From the NCBI GenBank assembly GCA_963204795.1, contig CAUJHX010000182.1, positions 56,903-120,902 on the forward strand: a DNA stretch of 64,000 nt, read 5' to 3'. This document shows, in pieces, positions 40,076-48,084 of the stretch (the stretch's first letter is position 1; each line of letters opens with the position of its first letter). The stretch comes from Pseudomonadota bacterium. Lineage in GTDB: Bacteria; Pseudomonadota; Gammaproteobacteria; Steroidobacterales; Steroidobacteraceae. Under the pieces are notes generated by a model. It saw nothing but the letters and a program-made list of their open reading frames with translations. It made no database searches and was not told where the DNA came from. Made by a program: the position numbers and the translations under genes.

Positions 40076-42388
40076 ATGAGTCAGAAAGCCGTCGGACGAG
40101 CCTTCAGGATCACGGACAAGGACGCGAGGTCATATGACCGGACGACCAAGCCGCGCTCCAAGATGCGCCCGAACCCGATGGGGGTGACCACGCTCGCGAT
40201 GGTCAACGGCCGCGGCGCATATGCGTCAGCGAAGGCTGGCGCTCAGGGCCAAACCAGGGCGCAGCGCCTCGCGCGGGCCCGCAAGCTGATCGGAGGCAAG
40301 GGCATGCAGTCCAACGCTCGCGGCCATCGCGCCGCGTTCATTTCCGCCATGCGGTCCAACAAGGGCTCCGCGAAGAGCAAGGGCTCGGGCGCCAAGAGCA
40401 CGGATCTCCGCCGCCGCGGCAAGCGGCTGGCCGCCTACAAGTCCGCCCTGAAGCGCAACGGGACCAAGGCCGGCGCGGCTCGGGCGGCGCTTCGCGCGGT
40501 GCCGTTCACCGCGAACGAGCGCAAGCGCAAGACGAGCTTCGCGGGCGTGAAGGCTCGCAAGAAGTACCGCCGCAACGACTTCGTCGGTGTCGGCAAGTCG
40601 GCCTGGGGCGAAGCGGGCGCAAGCAAGCCGGCAGCGAAAGCGAAGAACAAGCAGCCTCGCACGCAGCGTCGCCCGACGCGCGCGCAGTACCAGGCTCCTC
40701 CTCCAGAGAAAAAGAAGACCTCGCGAAAGGGAAAGCAAGTGGCGAAAGCGAAGCGAAAGACCAAGGCAAAGAAGCGTCGCGCGGCCGGTTCCCAGTACCG
40801 GACCGTGAAGCAGACCGTGAAGCGCAAGACTCGCGTCGCGTTCGGCAAGTACAAGCGTGCCCGGCTCTACAACCCGCGCACCGGGAAGACCGAGTACAGC
40901 TACATGTACCGCTCCGGCGGCAAGCTGCGCCGGATCCCGACCGCAGCCGTCTCGGGCTGGGGAGAGCGGGGCAAGAAGTCCGGCGAGCGCGCCACGAAGA
41001 TGGCGGCTCGCATGCAGGCGGCGCGCAAGCGCGCTGCCGACCGAATCCTCAAGGAGGGCGACGTGTTCATCCCGAACAAGAAGCGCAAGACCAAGAAGAA
41101 GCGCAAGGGCTCCAGCAAGCGCAAGAGCGCGAAGCGCGTGGCGGCCGGCAAGAAGGCAGCTCGCACGCGCAAGCGCCGGGCGAAGGCATCGGGCGCGAAG
41201 CGGCGCAAGTCGAAGGGCGGCGCGAAGCGCAAGCGCAAGAGCGCGAAGGCATCGGGCGCGAAGCGGCGCAAGTCGAAGGGCGGCGCGAAGCGCAAGCGCA
41301 AGAGCGCGAAGCGCGTGGCGGCCGGCAAGAAGGCAGCTCGCACGCGCAAGCGCAAGGGCGGCGGCAAGAAGCGCAAGGCGAGCGCGAAGCGCGGCGGCAA
41401 GCGCGGCGGCAAGCGCCGGAGCGGCGCAAAGCGTCTGCGGAAGGGCACGTACTACGTGGCCAACCGTCGGCGTCGGCGGAGCAAGGGTCGTCGGATGCGC
41501 AAGAACGCGTTCATGGCGAACCTGAAGAACGTGCTCATCACCGGCACGCTCGTCGCCGTCGGCTACATGGGTCACCGCGTGCTCACCTCGCTCGCCTGCG
41601 AGTACATCTTCACGCCGTACGTCACGGCGCCCGAAGGCAAGGAGCCGAACCTCGCGCTCAAGACCTGGGAGAAGCCCATCTGCGGCGCCGTCGTCGGCCT
41701 CGTGGGTGTCGGCGCGCTCTCGGTCATGGCCGACAAGCGGATCATGTCGGGTGAAACCGCCATGAAGATCGGTGGCGGCATGGTGGCCTCGCTCGTTCAG
41801 TACGTCGTCGTGAGCGCTCTCGCTCAGTTCGACCAGCCGAAGGCAGCGAGCTACCTGAGCGGCTACTCCAACTCGGCGGCCTACGGCCTGCGCGGCAACC
41901 GCCGCGGCATGTCCGGGATGTCGAGCATCATGCCCCACTACCAGCAGCTGGGAGCCTTCCAGCAGGCGGCGGCGGGCATGGGCGAGTACTTCACCGGCAC
42001 CGGCGCCTTCGAGCAGGCGGCGGCGGGCGTCGGCGAGTACTTCGTGCCGGGTGGCACCAAGGGCGTCGGTCAGTACGAGGCCGCGGGCCCGCTCGCCATG
42101 CAGGCGGCGGCCAACGGCATCGGCGAGATCGAGGACGGCATCCGTCCGGACTCGAACCTCGACCACGTGCTCGATCTGGCGGAGTCGGCGGCCGGCCTCG
42201 GTGAGTACTACACCGCGACCCCGGGCGCCGGCGGCTATGCCGAGGGCACCGTCCCCCAGCAGAGCCAGTGGATCCCCAACGGTCCGCTGTGGGCCGGCAC
42301 CATGGCGGCCAAGGACACGATGGCCACGAGCGAGCTGCCTGCAGGCGTGCTCGCGACCGTCGGAGGCAACGGCGTCCTGAGCGGCTGA
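40076..42388 (+). CDS. polybasic (Lys/Arg/Ala) repeat protein fused to a membrane domain and a GxGEY-repeat tail
   Basis: 770 aa from ATG 40076 (track GTG 40064). The first roughly 470 aa are K/R/A/G-rich with perfect internal repeats. Hydrophobic helices follow: VLITGTLVAVGYMG, ICGAVVGLVGVGALSVMA and IGGGMVASLVQYVVVSALA. The tail carries GMGEYF, GVGEYF, GVGQYE, GIGEIE and GLGEYY. Confidence 0.7.
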   Translation: MSQKAVGRAFRITDKDARSYDRTTKPRSKMRPNPMGVTTLAMVNGRGAYASAKAGAQGQTRAQRLARARKLIGGKGMQSNARGHRAAFISAMRSNKGSAKSKGSGAKSTDLRRRGKRLAAYKSALKRNGTKAGAARAALRAVPFTANERKRKTSFAGVKARKKYRRNDFVGVGKSAWGEAGASKPAAKAKNKQPRTQRRPTRAQYQAPPPEKKKTSRKGKQVAKAKRKTKAKKRRAAGSQYRTVKQTVKRKTRVAFGKYKRARLYNPRTGKTEYSYMYRSGGKLRRIPTAAVSGWGERGKKSGERATKMAARMQAARKRAADRILKEGDVFIPNKKRKTKKKRKGSSKRKSAKRVAAGKKAARTRKRRAKASGAKRRKSKGGAKRKRKSAKASGAKRRKSKGGAKRKRKSAKRVAAGKKAARTRKRKGGGKKRKASAKRGGKRGGKRRSGAKRLRKGTYYVANRRRRRSKGRRMRKNAFMANLKNVLITGTLVAVGYMGHRVLTSLACEYIFTPYVTAPEGKEPNLALKTWEKPICGAVVGLVGVGALSVMADKRIMSGETAMKIGGGMVASLVQYVVVSALAQFDQPKAASYLSGYSNSAAYGLRGNRRGMSGMSSIMPHYQQLGAFQQAAAGMGEYFTGTGAFEQAAAGVGEYFVPGGTKGVGQYEAAGPLAMQAAANGIGEIEDGIRPDSNLDHVLDLAESAAGLGEYYTATPGAGGYAEGTVPQQSQWIPNGPLWAGTMAAKDTMATSELPAGVLATVGGNGVLSG
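41117..41353 (+). repeat. nested perfect direct repeats inside the polybasic gene
   Basis: A 63-bp unit occurs twice in tandem at 41180-41242 and 41243-41305 (AKASGAKRRKSKGGAKRKRKS). It is flanked by a 60-bp direct repeat at 41117-41176 and 41294-41353 (KRKSAKRVAAGKKAARTRKR). Confidence 0.9.
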
Positions 42389-42407
42389 TCGCACACCGCG
42401 CGCTCCA

Positions 42408-42442
42408 GCCCCGGCTCCTGCGGCAAACCGCAGGCCCGGGGC
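42408..42442 (+). terminator. strong GC hairpin after the polybasic gene
   Basis: GCCCCGG-CT-CCTGCGG, loop CAAA, CCGCAGG-C-CCGGGGC. No U-run follows. Confidence 0.4.
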
Positions 42443-42540
42443 TCGGGGCGTTGAACCGGCCCGAGGCTTCAGAGGAACGTGCCCTCTCAAAATAACCGTC
42501 AGCCAGAGGCCATCAGCATCTCCAAAGGAGAATTACAGCC

Positions 42541-43323
42541 ATGTCGAAATTGACCAACGTGAGGGAGCGCGTCCACCAGCCGTTCTACGACACCCTGATC
42601 CGGACTTCCGGTCTCGGTGGCACCATCCAGCCGGTCGGCAGCCCCACCAACCTCTTCACCAACCGCGCTCGCGCGGACGAGATCGTCGCGCTGACGAACC
42701 TGGACAACGGCAGCACCCTGCCGTCCGACCAGTCGCACGTGACGCTCGCGCTCCGCTGCTTCACGTGGTTCCGCAACCCGCAGATCCGCTCGGCGGCCCC
42801 GGGCGCGAACGTGCAGGTCAACAACAACGGCGACTACTCGCAGGCCGGCGCGGCGGCCTTCTGGGCGCTGGGCGGCGGCCTTCCGGGCGACGGATCGTCC
42901 ATCGGTTCGATCCAGGACGTCTACCGGCTGCACTGGCAGTCGATGGAGCAGCTCCACTGGTCGTACGGCACTGGTGAGAAGTTCAGTATCACCAACATGG
43001 CGACCAAGTACTTCCCCGACGGGGGTGGCCTCTCGGGCGACATGGGCGGGACCTCGGACCTGATCCACTGGCAGAACGGTACGCCGGACCACACCGCGAT
43101 CCTCCGGCTCGCGCGTGCGATCCTGCTTCCGCCTCGCCAGAACGTGAAGTGCGTCGCCAACATCAGCGCCCTCCCGGCTGGTGGCCAGGCGGCGGCCGTG
43201 GGCGCAGTGACGGCCATCGGCCGGAACATGCTCTCGCTGGTCGACAACCTGAACGCGGTGGACGGGATCGCCAAGGTGATCCAGTTCTGCTTCGACGGCT
43301 TGTTCGCACGCGATGTCCAGTGA
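42541..43323 (+). CDS. major capsid protein candidate (260 aa, beta-rich)
   Basis: Best RBS in the window (AAAGGAGAATTACAGCC-ATG). Own 150-bp upstream spacer. An intrinsic terminator follows immediately. The function is inferred from expression signals and position only. Confidence 0.45.
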   Translation: MSKLTNVRERVHQPFYDTLIRTSGLGGTIQPVGSPTNLFTNRARADEIVALTNLDNGSTLPSDQSHVTLALRCFTWFRNPQIRSAAPGANVQVNNNGDYSQAGAAAFWALGGGLPGDGSSIGSIQDVYRLHWQSMEQLHWSYGTGEKFSITNMATKYFPDGGGLSGDMGGTSDLIHWQNGTPDHTAILRLARAILLPPRQNVKCVANISALPAGGQAAAVGAVTAIGRNMLSLVDNLNAVDGIAKVIQFCFDGLFARDVQ

Positions 43324-43332
43324 TGTCGCGTA

Positions 43333-43356
43333 GTTACGTGGGCTAGCTCACGTAAC
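43333..43356. repeat. 24-bp near-perfect palindrome centred on GCTAGC
   Basis: GTTACGTG-G-GCTAGC-T-CACGTAAC. The two off-centre mismatches form a G:T pair. Confidence 0.85.
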
Positions 43357-43373
43357 ACACGAAGGCGCAAAAG

Positions 43374-43406
43374 GCTGCCCTTGGCCCCGTGCTGGGGGCA
43401 GCTTTT
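43374..43406 (+). terminator. intrinsic terminator after the capsid-candidate gene
   Basis: GCTGCCC (43374-43380) pairs with GGGCAGC (43396-43402) and is followed by TTTT (43403-43406). An A-run lies upstream. Confidence 0.6.
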
Positions 43407-43457
43407 CGCCACTTATGGCACCGGGACCAATCCCGGGTACTCCAATCGGAGGCACAT

Positions 43458-44423
43458 ATGGCAAATCTCGATCAGATCCTTCGTCAGATGCAGCAGCAGA
43501 TCGGGTTCGCGGCGGCGACGGCGCGCGAGACCCAGACTGGCATGCAGAACGTGAGCGGCGACCAGGCGCTCATCCGTCAAGAGCTTCAGCGCCAGCAGCG
43601 CGACCTGCAGAACGTGGCCGACGCCCTCATGCGCGTCAAGGCCAGCGGCGGCCAGGGGGGCGCGAGCATCAGCGACCACGTCCGCTACATCGAGTCGATC
43701 CCGGGGCGACGCGTTCCGTTCGACATGCTGGTGGACATCCCCATCGGGGCCAACCAGACCGCTCAGACGCAGGGCACGATCACGGTGTCGCAGGACGGAC
43801 CGTTCGTGGCCGTCGCTCGCTTCGCGATCTTTCAGAGCGCGTTCCAGTTCCAGTTCCGCGATCCGCAGGACAACAGCCTGGCTGCGTTCCAGGGACGCTC
43901 CTTCGGTCGCTACCGGCCGATCCACTCGGTGAACGACTGGAATGACGCGGGCGCGGGCTACAACCCGGTCATCGCACTGGGCGCAGGCGCGCCGATCTTC
44001 GCGAGCCCGAGCAACCACTCGTCGTTCCGCACGATGGAGTGGGATGGCGTCGTCGAGTTCTTCAACCAGGGCGCGGCCTATCCGCGGTCCAACATCCAGG
44101 TGCCGAGCGCCTTCTGGGTGAGCGAGAACAACGCTCCGTTCCAGCTCGGTGCGCTCGACTTCTTCGAGCGCGGCGAGACGATGCAGTGGCGAGTCACGCC
44201 GACGCACAGCAACAACCCAGCAGCGGGCAACGTGAGCGGCTTCGCCGCCGGCGGGTTCTACCCGTTCCTGGACAGCCAGTACGACGTGCAAGAGGGCGTG
44301 TCCGATCCGTTCCTGGCAGGTGTGGAAACCGATCCGATCACGCGGCTGCCGGACGGCATCCTGACCATCGGCTTCCACGGGTTCAGGATCATCCAGCCGC
44401 CGGGGCCCGTGAGCATGACCTGA
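43458..44423 (+). CDS. capsid-associated protein candidate (321 aa; N-terminal coiled coil plus beta-rich domain)
   Basis: ATG 43458 with a GGAGG RBS. Starts MANLDQILRQMQQQIGF. Beta-like segments TITVSQDGPFVAVARFAIFQS and ILTIGFHGFRIIQ. Confidence 0.45.
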   Translation: MANLDQILRQMQQQIGFAAATARETQTGMQNVSGDQALIRQELQRQQRDLQNVADALMRVKASGGQGGASISDHVRYIESIPGRRVPFDMLVDIPIGANQTAQTQGTITVSQDGPFVAVARFAIFQSAFQFQFRDPQDNSLAAFQGRSFGRYRPIHSVNDWNDAGAGYNPVIALGAGAPIFASPSNHSSFRTMEWDGVVEFFNQGAAYPRSNIQVPSAFWVSENNAPFQLGALDFFERGETMQWRVTPTHSNNPAAGNVSGFAAGGFYPFLDSQYDVQEGVSDPFLAGVETDPITRLPDGILTIGFHGFRIIQPPGPVSMT

Positions 44424-44436
44424 GAGGGGGAGCAGC

Positions 44437-45300
44437 ATGGCGAACGACAGCTTCATCGACGGTTCGCGGGCGAGAGAGCTGAGATTGGCTCCCCCACCCG
44501 CGCCAGCCTATGCGCCGGTGCTTCGCCCCGGCGCCAGCGCGATGCCGTATCCGCCGGAGCCGGGGTCGGCGACGACGGGCGGCTCGTGCGCGGCTCAGCG
44601 CGTGCAGCTCGCCGGTGGGGCTCTCAGCAGCCTGATGGTCCACCCGTTCGTGACCCCCTTCGAGCAGCTGTACCGACGGCTGCCCGAGGAGGGCATGTTC
44701 AGCCCGGACGTCTCGCCCCAGCGGCCGTTCGCCTTCGAGCTTGGCGCGTTCCAGGTTCCGGATCGGTTCGCGCTCTGCCTGTTCGACCTGCGCCCGGACG
44801 TGTACCGGCTCAGCGGGCTCGACGCGGGCGACTTCGTTCCTGTCGAGGCCCGCAGGTTCAGCTCCATCATGGGCTTCGAGATCACGGTGGATCAGCGTCA
44901 CCCTGGGAACCTGCAGTACCAGCTCGATCCGGTCGCCATCCAGGCGACGGCACAGGCGTTCACGCGCGCAGTCAGTGGGCCGGCCGGCGCCGGCGGGCTG
45001 ATCCCGCAGCCGCCACCGGCATCGGTGTTCAACATCGGCGCGGCCAACAGCTTCGCCAACGCCGCCGGCGCAGGGACCGCGCTGATGCCCCAGCGCCCGA
45101 CACGCTACGGTCCGCTGTCGGTCCCGTTCATGCTCGTGGCGCGCTCGAAGCAGACCGTTCAGGTCCGCTGCGTCATCTTCCGCCCGGTGTCGGCGGCCCT
45201 CGCCTTCATCGAGTACGACATCGCCGGCATGCTCTTTCCGACGGAGTGGCTCGATGCGATGATGGAGTGCCTCAAGCCCATCAACAACCAGCCCCGATGA
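44437..45300 (+). CDS. capsid-associated protein candidate (287 aa, beta-rich)
   Basis: GGGGGAG RBS. Contains FAFELGAFQVPDRFALCLFDLRP and VPFMLVARSKQTVQVRCVIFRPV. Confidence 0.45.
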   Translation: MANDSFIDGSRARELRLAPPPAPAYAPVLRPGASAMPYPPEPGSATTGGSCAAQRVQLAGGALSSLMVHPFVTPFEQLYRRLPEEGMFSPDVSPQRPFAFELGAFQVPDRFALCLFDLRPDVYRLSGLDAGDFVPVEARRFSSIMGFEITVDQRHPGNLQYQLDPVAIQATAQAFTRAVSGPAGAGGLIPQPPPASVFNIGAANSFANAAGAGTALMPQRPTRYGPLSVPFMLVARSKQTVQVRCVIFRPVSAALAFIEYDIAGMLFPTEWLDAMMECLKPINNQPR

Positions 45301-45305
45301 ACATT

Positions 45306-45414
45306 CACGTCTACAACACGGTTCGGCGGCGGGTTGCGACAAGCCGTTCTCGCGTCGGACATGCGAGCAATCGCCTCGTACTCAGACACGTCGCTGGGCC
45401 GTGTTGTGGACGTG
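45306..45414 (+). repeat. 16-bp long-range inverted repeat bracketing a 77-nt intergenic core
   Basis: CACGTCTACAACACGG (45306-45321) pairs with CCGTGTTGTGGACGTG (45399-45414), with one G:U. It ends 13 nt before ATG 45428. Confidence 0.8.
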
Positions 45415-45427
45415 AAATGGGGGCGCG

Positions 45428-46171
45428 ATGAACTACGAGCCCTACGCCCCGCTGGGCGAGCTACCTCTGCCGCCAGGCGTCGTGCTGCCGACTGGGTTTC
45501 CCCAGATCGGCGACATCGCCAAGCAGCTCGGGCTGAAGACCTTCGGCATCTACACGCCGTGGGCAGCGCGCACGAGCGGCGTGAGCTGGGAGCCCGTGTC
45601 TCAGCCGCCCGACACGAACGTCGCCGTCTTCGCGATCAACGACAGTGCGCTCGCGGCGGCGCAGGCGCTGGCGTGGGGACAGCCCATTCCGTTCGTGGCC
45701 GTGCTGACCGAGAAGTCGGTCTCCCCCGAGGTGCTGACGAAGGCCTTCGGTGGCACGCCCTACAAGTTCTACGAGACGCAGGCGGTCTACAAGCAGTCGG
45801 ACGCGTCGCCGACCCCTCGCGTCTACTTCCTGCACTGGGCCGAGAACCGCCAGCCGGGCGATGCGGGCTCCGGGAAGACGAGCTTGGCTCAGGCCGCGGC
45901 CCAGGTCGGTGGCGCGCTGACCTACTCGATCCAGGTGAACTACAACACGACGGCCACGCGCAAGCCGCCAGGCGTTTCGTTCCAGAGCGCATTGGAGAGT
46001 CAGATGGCCAACGAAGGTCCGATCCCACCCCCTCCTCCGCCGCCGACCCCGCCGCCGCCTACGGAGCCTCCGCCGACGAAGGCGTCGATGGCCGGACCTC
46101 TCCTCGTCGGGACGGGCGTGGCGGTTGCGACGTTCTTCGTCGTGCGTGAACTGCGAAAGGGCAAGCGATGA
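45428..46171 (+). CDS. tail-anchored membrane protein (247 aa)
   Basis: Starts MNYEPYAPLGELPLPPG. Poly-Pro linker. C-terminus MAGPLLVGTGVAVATFFVVRELRKGKR. Confidence 0.65.
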   Translation: MNYEPYAPLGELPLPPGVVLPTGFPQIGDIAKQLGLKTFGIYTPWAARTSGVSWEPVSQPPDTNVAVFAINDSALAAAQALAWGQPIPFVAVLTEKSVSPEVLTKAFGGTPYKFYETQAVYKQSDASPTPRVYFLHWAENRQPGDAGSGKTSLAQAAAQVGGALTYSIQVNYNTTATRKPPGVSFQSALESQMANEGPIPPPPPPPTPPPPTEPPPTKASMAGPLLVGTGVAVATFFVVRELRKGKR

Positions 46172-46842
46172 CGTACCACTCCAGCATGGGCGCGGATCTG
46201 ATCCCGGGGACGTTCCCGAGCAGCGTTTCAGCTGCCGCACGCAGCGAACTCGTGCCTGCGTTCAACATGTCGCCGAGCGCGAACCTGATGGCGTCGCCAC
46301 CGCCCGCTTCGCCGGTCCGGCCGAGCGGGAATCTCGCGCCCGCACCGACGCTGCCGGCGATTCCGGCCTGCTTGGACGCGACATGGCTGGCCGCTCGCAG
46401 CTACTGCGAGACGTACCCAGCGGGCAACGGTCCGGACGCGACCGCGAACACCATCTGCTCCATCGGGCGATCTCAGCCGGCCTGGTACTCCCAGGTGCAG
46501 TCCACGCCGGCCTGCGGCGGCGGCGGGACGGTTCCGGCATATGTTCCGCCTCCCGCCTACGTCCCGCCGGTCCAGACGCCACCCGTGCCCGAGCCCGAAG
46601 CGAAGGACGCGGCGGAGCCGAACTACATGCTGTGGGGCGGCTTGGCTCTACTGCTCGCTGTCGCCGGCGGCGGCGTCTACTACTACTCGCGTGGCGGGAA
46701 GAGGTATGCCGCCAACCAGAAGCGTTCATCGGCCGGGGTGCGCAAACTGATCCGTCAACTGGATGCGGCGGCCAAGGAGCCAGATCCGAACCCCGCGGAA
46801 ATCAACGCGCTGTTGCGCAAGATCCGGGACAGAACGAAGTGA
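46168..46842 (+). CDS. membrane protein (224 aa), paralog of 32395-32736
   Basis: Starts MTYHSSMGA. Contains EPNYMLWGGLALLLAVAGGGVYYYSRGGKR, followed by a basic helical tail. ATGA overlap. Confidence 0.7.
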   Translation: MTYHSSMGADLIPGTFPSSVSAAARSELVPAFNMSPSANLMASPPPASPVRPSGNLAPAPTLPAIPACLDATWLAARSYCETYPAGNGPDATANTICSIGRSQPAWYSQVQSTPACGGGGTVPAYVPPPAYVPPVQTPPVPEPEAKDAAEPNYMLWGGLALLLAVAGGGVYYYSRGGKRYAANQKRSSAGVRKLIRQLDAAAKEPDPNPAEINALLRKIRDRTK

Positions 46843-47063
46843 ACCTCATCGCCGTTCAGGGACTTGGATCGCTCGGGCAGACGCCCGTCGTGGGCGAAGC
46901 TGCGACCTGTATGGCGAACGAGCAGTACAAGGCCCTGGTCGGCGCCAAGGATGACGCGATCCGCATGTGGAACGACGCCAAGGCGCAACGGTGGACGTTC
47001 CTGATCGGGGGGCTTGCCGTGGGCGCCGCGGTTGGGTTCGTGCTCTGGAGGAAGCGATGGTGA
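46839..47063 (+). CDS. tail-anchored membrane protein (74 aa)
   Basis: GTG 46839 (GTGA overlap). C-terminus WTFLIGGLAVGAAVGFVLWRKRW. Confidence 0.55.
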   Translation: MNLIAVQGLGSLGQTPVVGEAATCMANEQYKALVGAKDDAIRMWNDAKAQRWTFLIGGLAVGAAVGFVLWRKRW

Positions 47064-47284
47064 GACAGGGACAGATGGACCAGGCCTTTGCCGCCGCCAA
47101 CGCTGCGCAGTCCGTGGTGACTGACCTCGGGGGCCCGCTCGGGATGGTTGGGCGGCTCACCGGCCTGGGCGCCGACGAGCTGGACGCCGGGATCCCTGGC
47201 TGGGCGTGGCTCGGGATCGGTGTCGTGGTGGGCGGCGGCCTCGCATACACGCTGCGCGACAGGATTCAGAAGGTCATCGGCTGA
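47057..47284 (+). CDS. small membrane protein (75 aa)
   Basis: ATG 47057. Contains GIPGWAWLGIGVVVGGGLAYTL. Confidence 0.55.
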   Translation: MVRQGQMDQAFAAANAAQSVVTDLGGPLGMVGRLTGLGADELDAGIPGWAWLGIGVVVGGGLAYTLRDRIQKVIG

Positions 47285-47308
47285 ACAGCCGTCGAGAAGG
47301 GAAAGCCA

Positions 47309-47695
47309 ATGGGCAACATCGGACCACTCAGCAGCTTCCAGACCGCGAGCACTTTGCGATCTGGGCACGTGCAGTCATCGCTTGCTTCCGATCTGCAGAC
47401 TCGGTTGCAGGCCCTGATCGACTCCGAAGCGGCGGCCGGTCGCGGGGTCGTCGACCTGAACCTCGCCGGTTCCGGAGAAGGCCACTCGTTCGTGGCGCAT
47501 CTGGTGACCGGCTCCAACGCGGTGCCCGCTGGCGATCAGGTTGCGTGCTACAGCGCCGCGTCCTTGCCCGAGCTGACCGTGGCCAGCAACGCCACGCTGG
47601 CGAGCATCTCGCCGCTTCGCCGGATGCGCGGGCTACTCGAAGACGGTTCGGCCGATGGCCACCGCTGGATGGGGATCATCCTTCACGCGCCCTGA
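47309..47695 (+). CDS. MGN-family protein, paralog 1 (128 aa)
   Basis: Starts MGNIGPLSS. Contains QSSLASDLQ, GSGEGHSF and DGHRWMGII. Confidence 0.7.
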   Translation: MGNIGPLSSFQTASTLRSGHVQSSLASDLQTRLQALIDSEAAAGRGVVDLNLAGSGEGHSFVAHLVTGSNAVPAGDQVACYSAASLPELTVASNATLASISPLRRMRGLLEDGSADGHRWMGIILHAP

Positions 47696-47706
47696 GAGGA
47701 GTCATC

Positions 47707-48084
47707 ATGGGAAACGCATTGTCACTGACAGGATCTCCTGCCCCCATCACGGGGCTTCAGATCCTTCGCACTCAGTCGTCGCTCGCTTCGGACATCCAAG
47801 CGTGGCTCAGCGCGCTGATCGGCGAAGGGGTAGCGTTCTTCGACTTCGATCTGAGCGGCGCTGGGGACGGCCACTCCTTCGTGGCCACCGCGGTCATCGG
47901 GAGCGGAACTTCGCGCACGGGGGCACGGGTCGTGTCCGCAAGCGACGAGCTGTCGCTTCAGGCAGCGCGAGACGCTGTGCTCGCTGAGCTTACCCTGCTC
48001 AACGCGTACTTCTATGTCGCCGAGGCTGGAACGAACGATGGCTCGCGCTGGATGTGCGCGATCCTGTACACGGAGCAAGACTGA
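47707..48084 (+). CDS. MGN-family protein, paralog 2 (125 aa)
   Basis: ATG 47707 with a GAGAGGAG RBS. Starts MGNALSLTG. Contains QSSLASDIQ, GAGDGHSF and DGSRWMCAI. Confidence 0.7.
   Translation: MGNALSLTGSPAPITGLQILRTQSSLASDIQAWLSALIGEGVAFFDFDLSGAGDGHSFVATAVIGSGTSRTGARVVSASDELSLQAARDAVLAELTLLNAYFYVAEAGTNDGSRWMCAILYTEQD

Noticed and set aside
41117-41353. A CRISPR-like or non-coding repeat array.
   Set aside because: The repeats are in frame within a long ORF and encode K/R-rich peptide units. There are no unique spacers and no cas genes nearby.
40226-42490. Very long antisense or alternative-frame ORFs. Examples are 40226-42490(-) at 754 aa, 25787-27220(-) at 477 aa, 30038-31633(-) at 531 aa, 22249-23292(-), 43413-44456(-), 32606-33844(-) and 19916-20782(-).
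   Set aside because: Their products are Arg/Ala/Gly/Pro-rich low-complexity strings, which is typical of shadow ORFs in high-GC DNA. They lack RBS or coupling signals. Each lies opposite a frame with clear motifs, high GC3 and operon-consistent starts.
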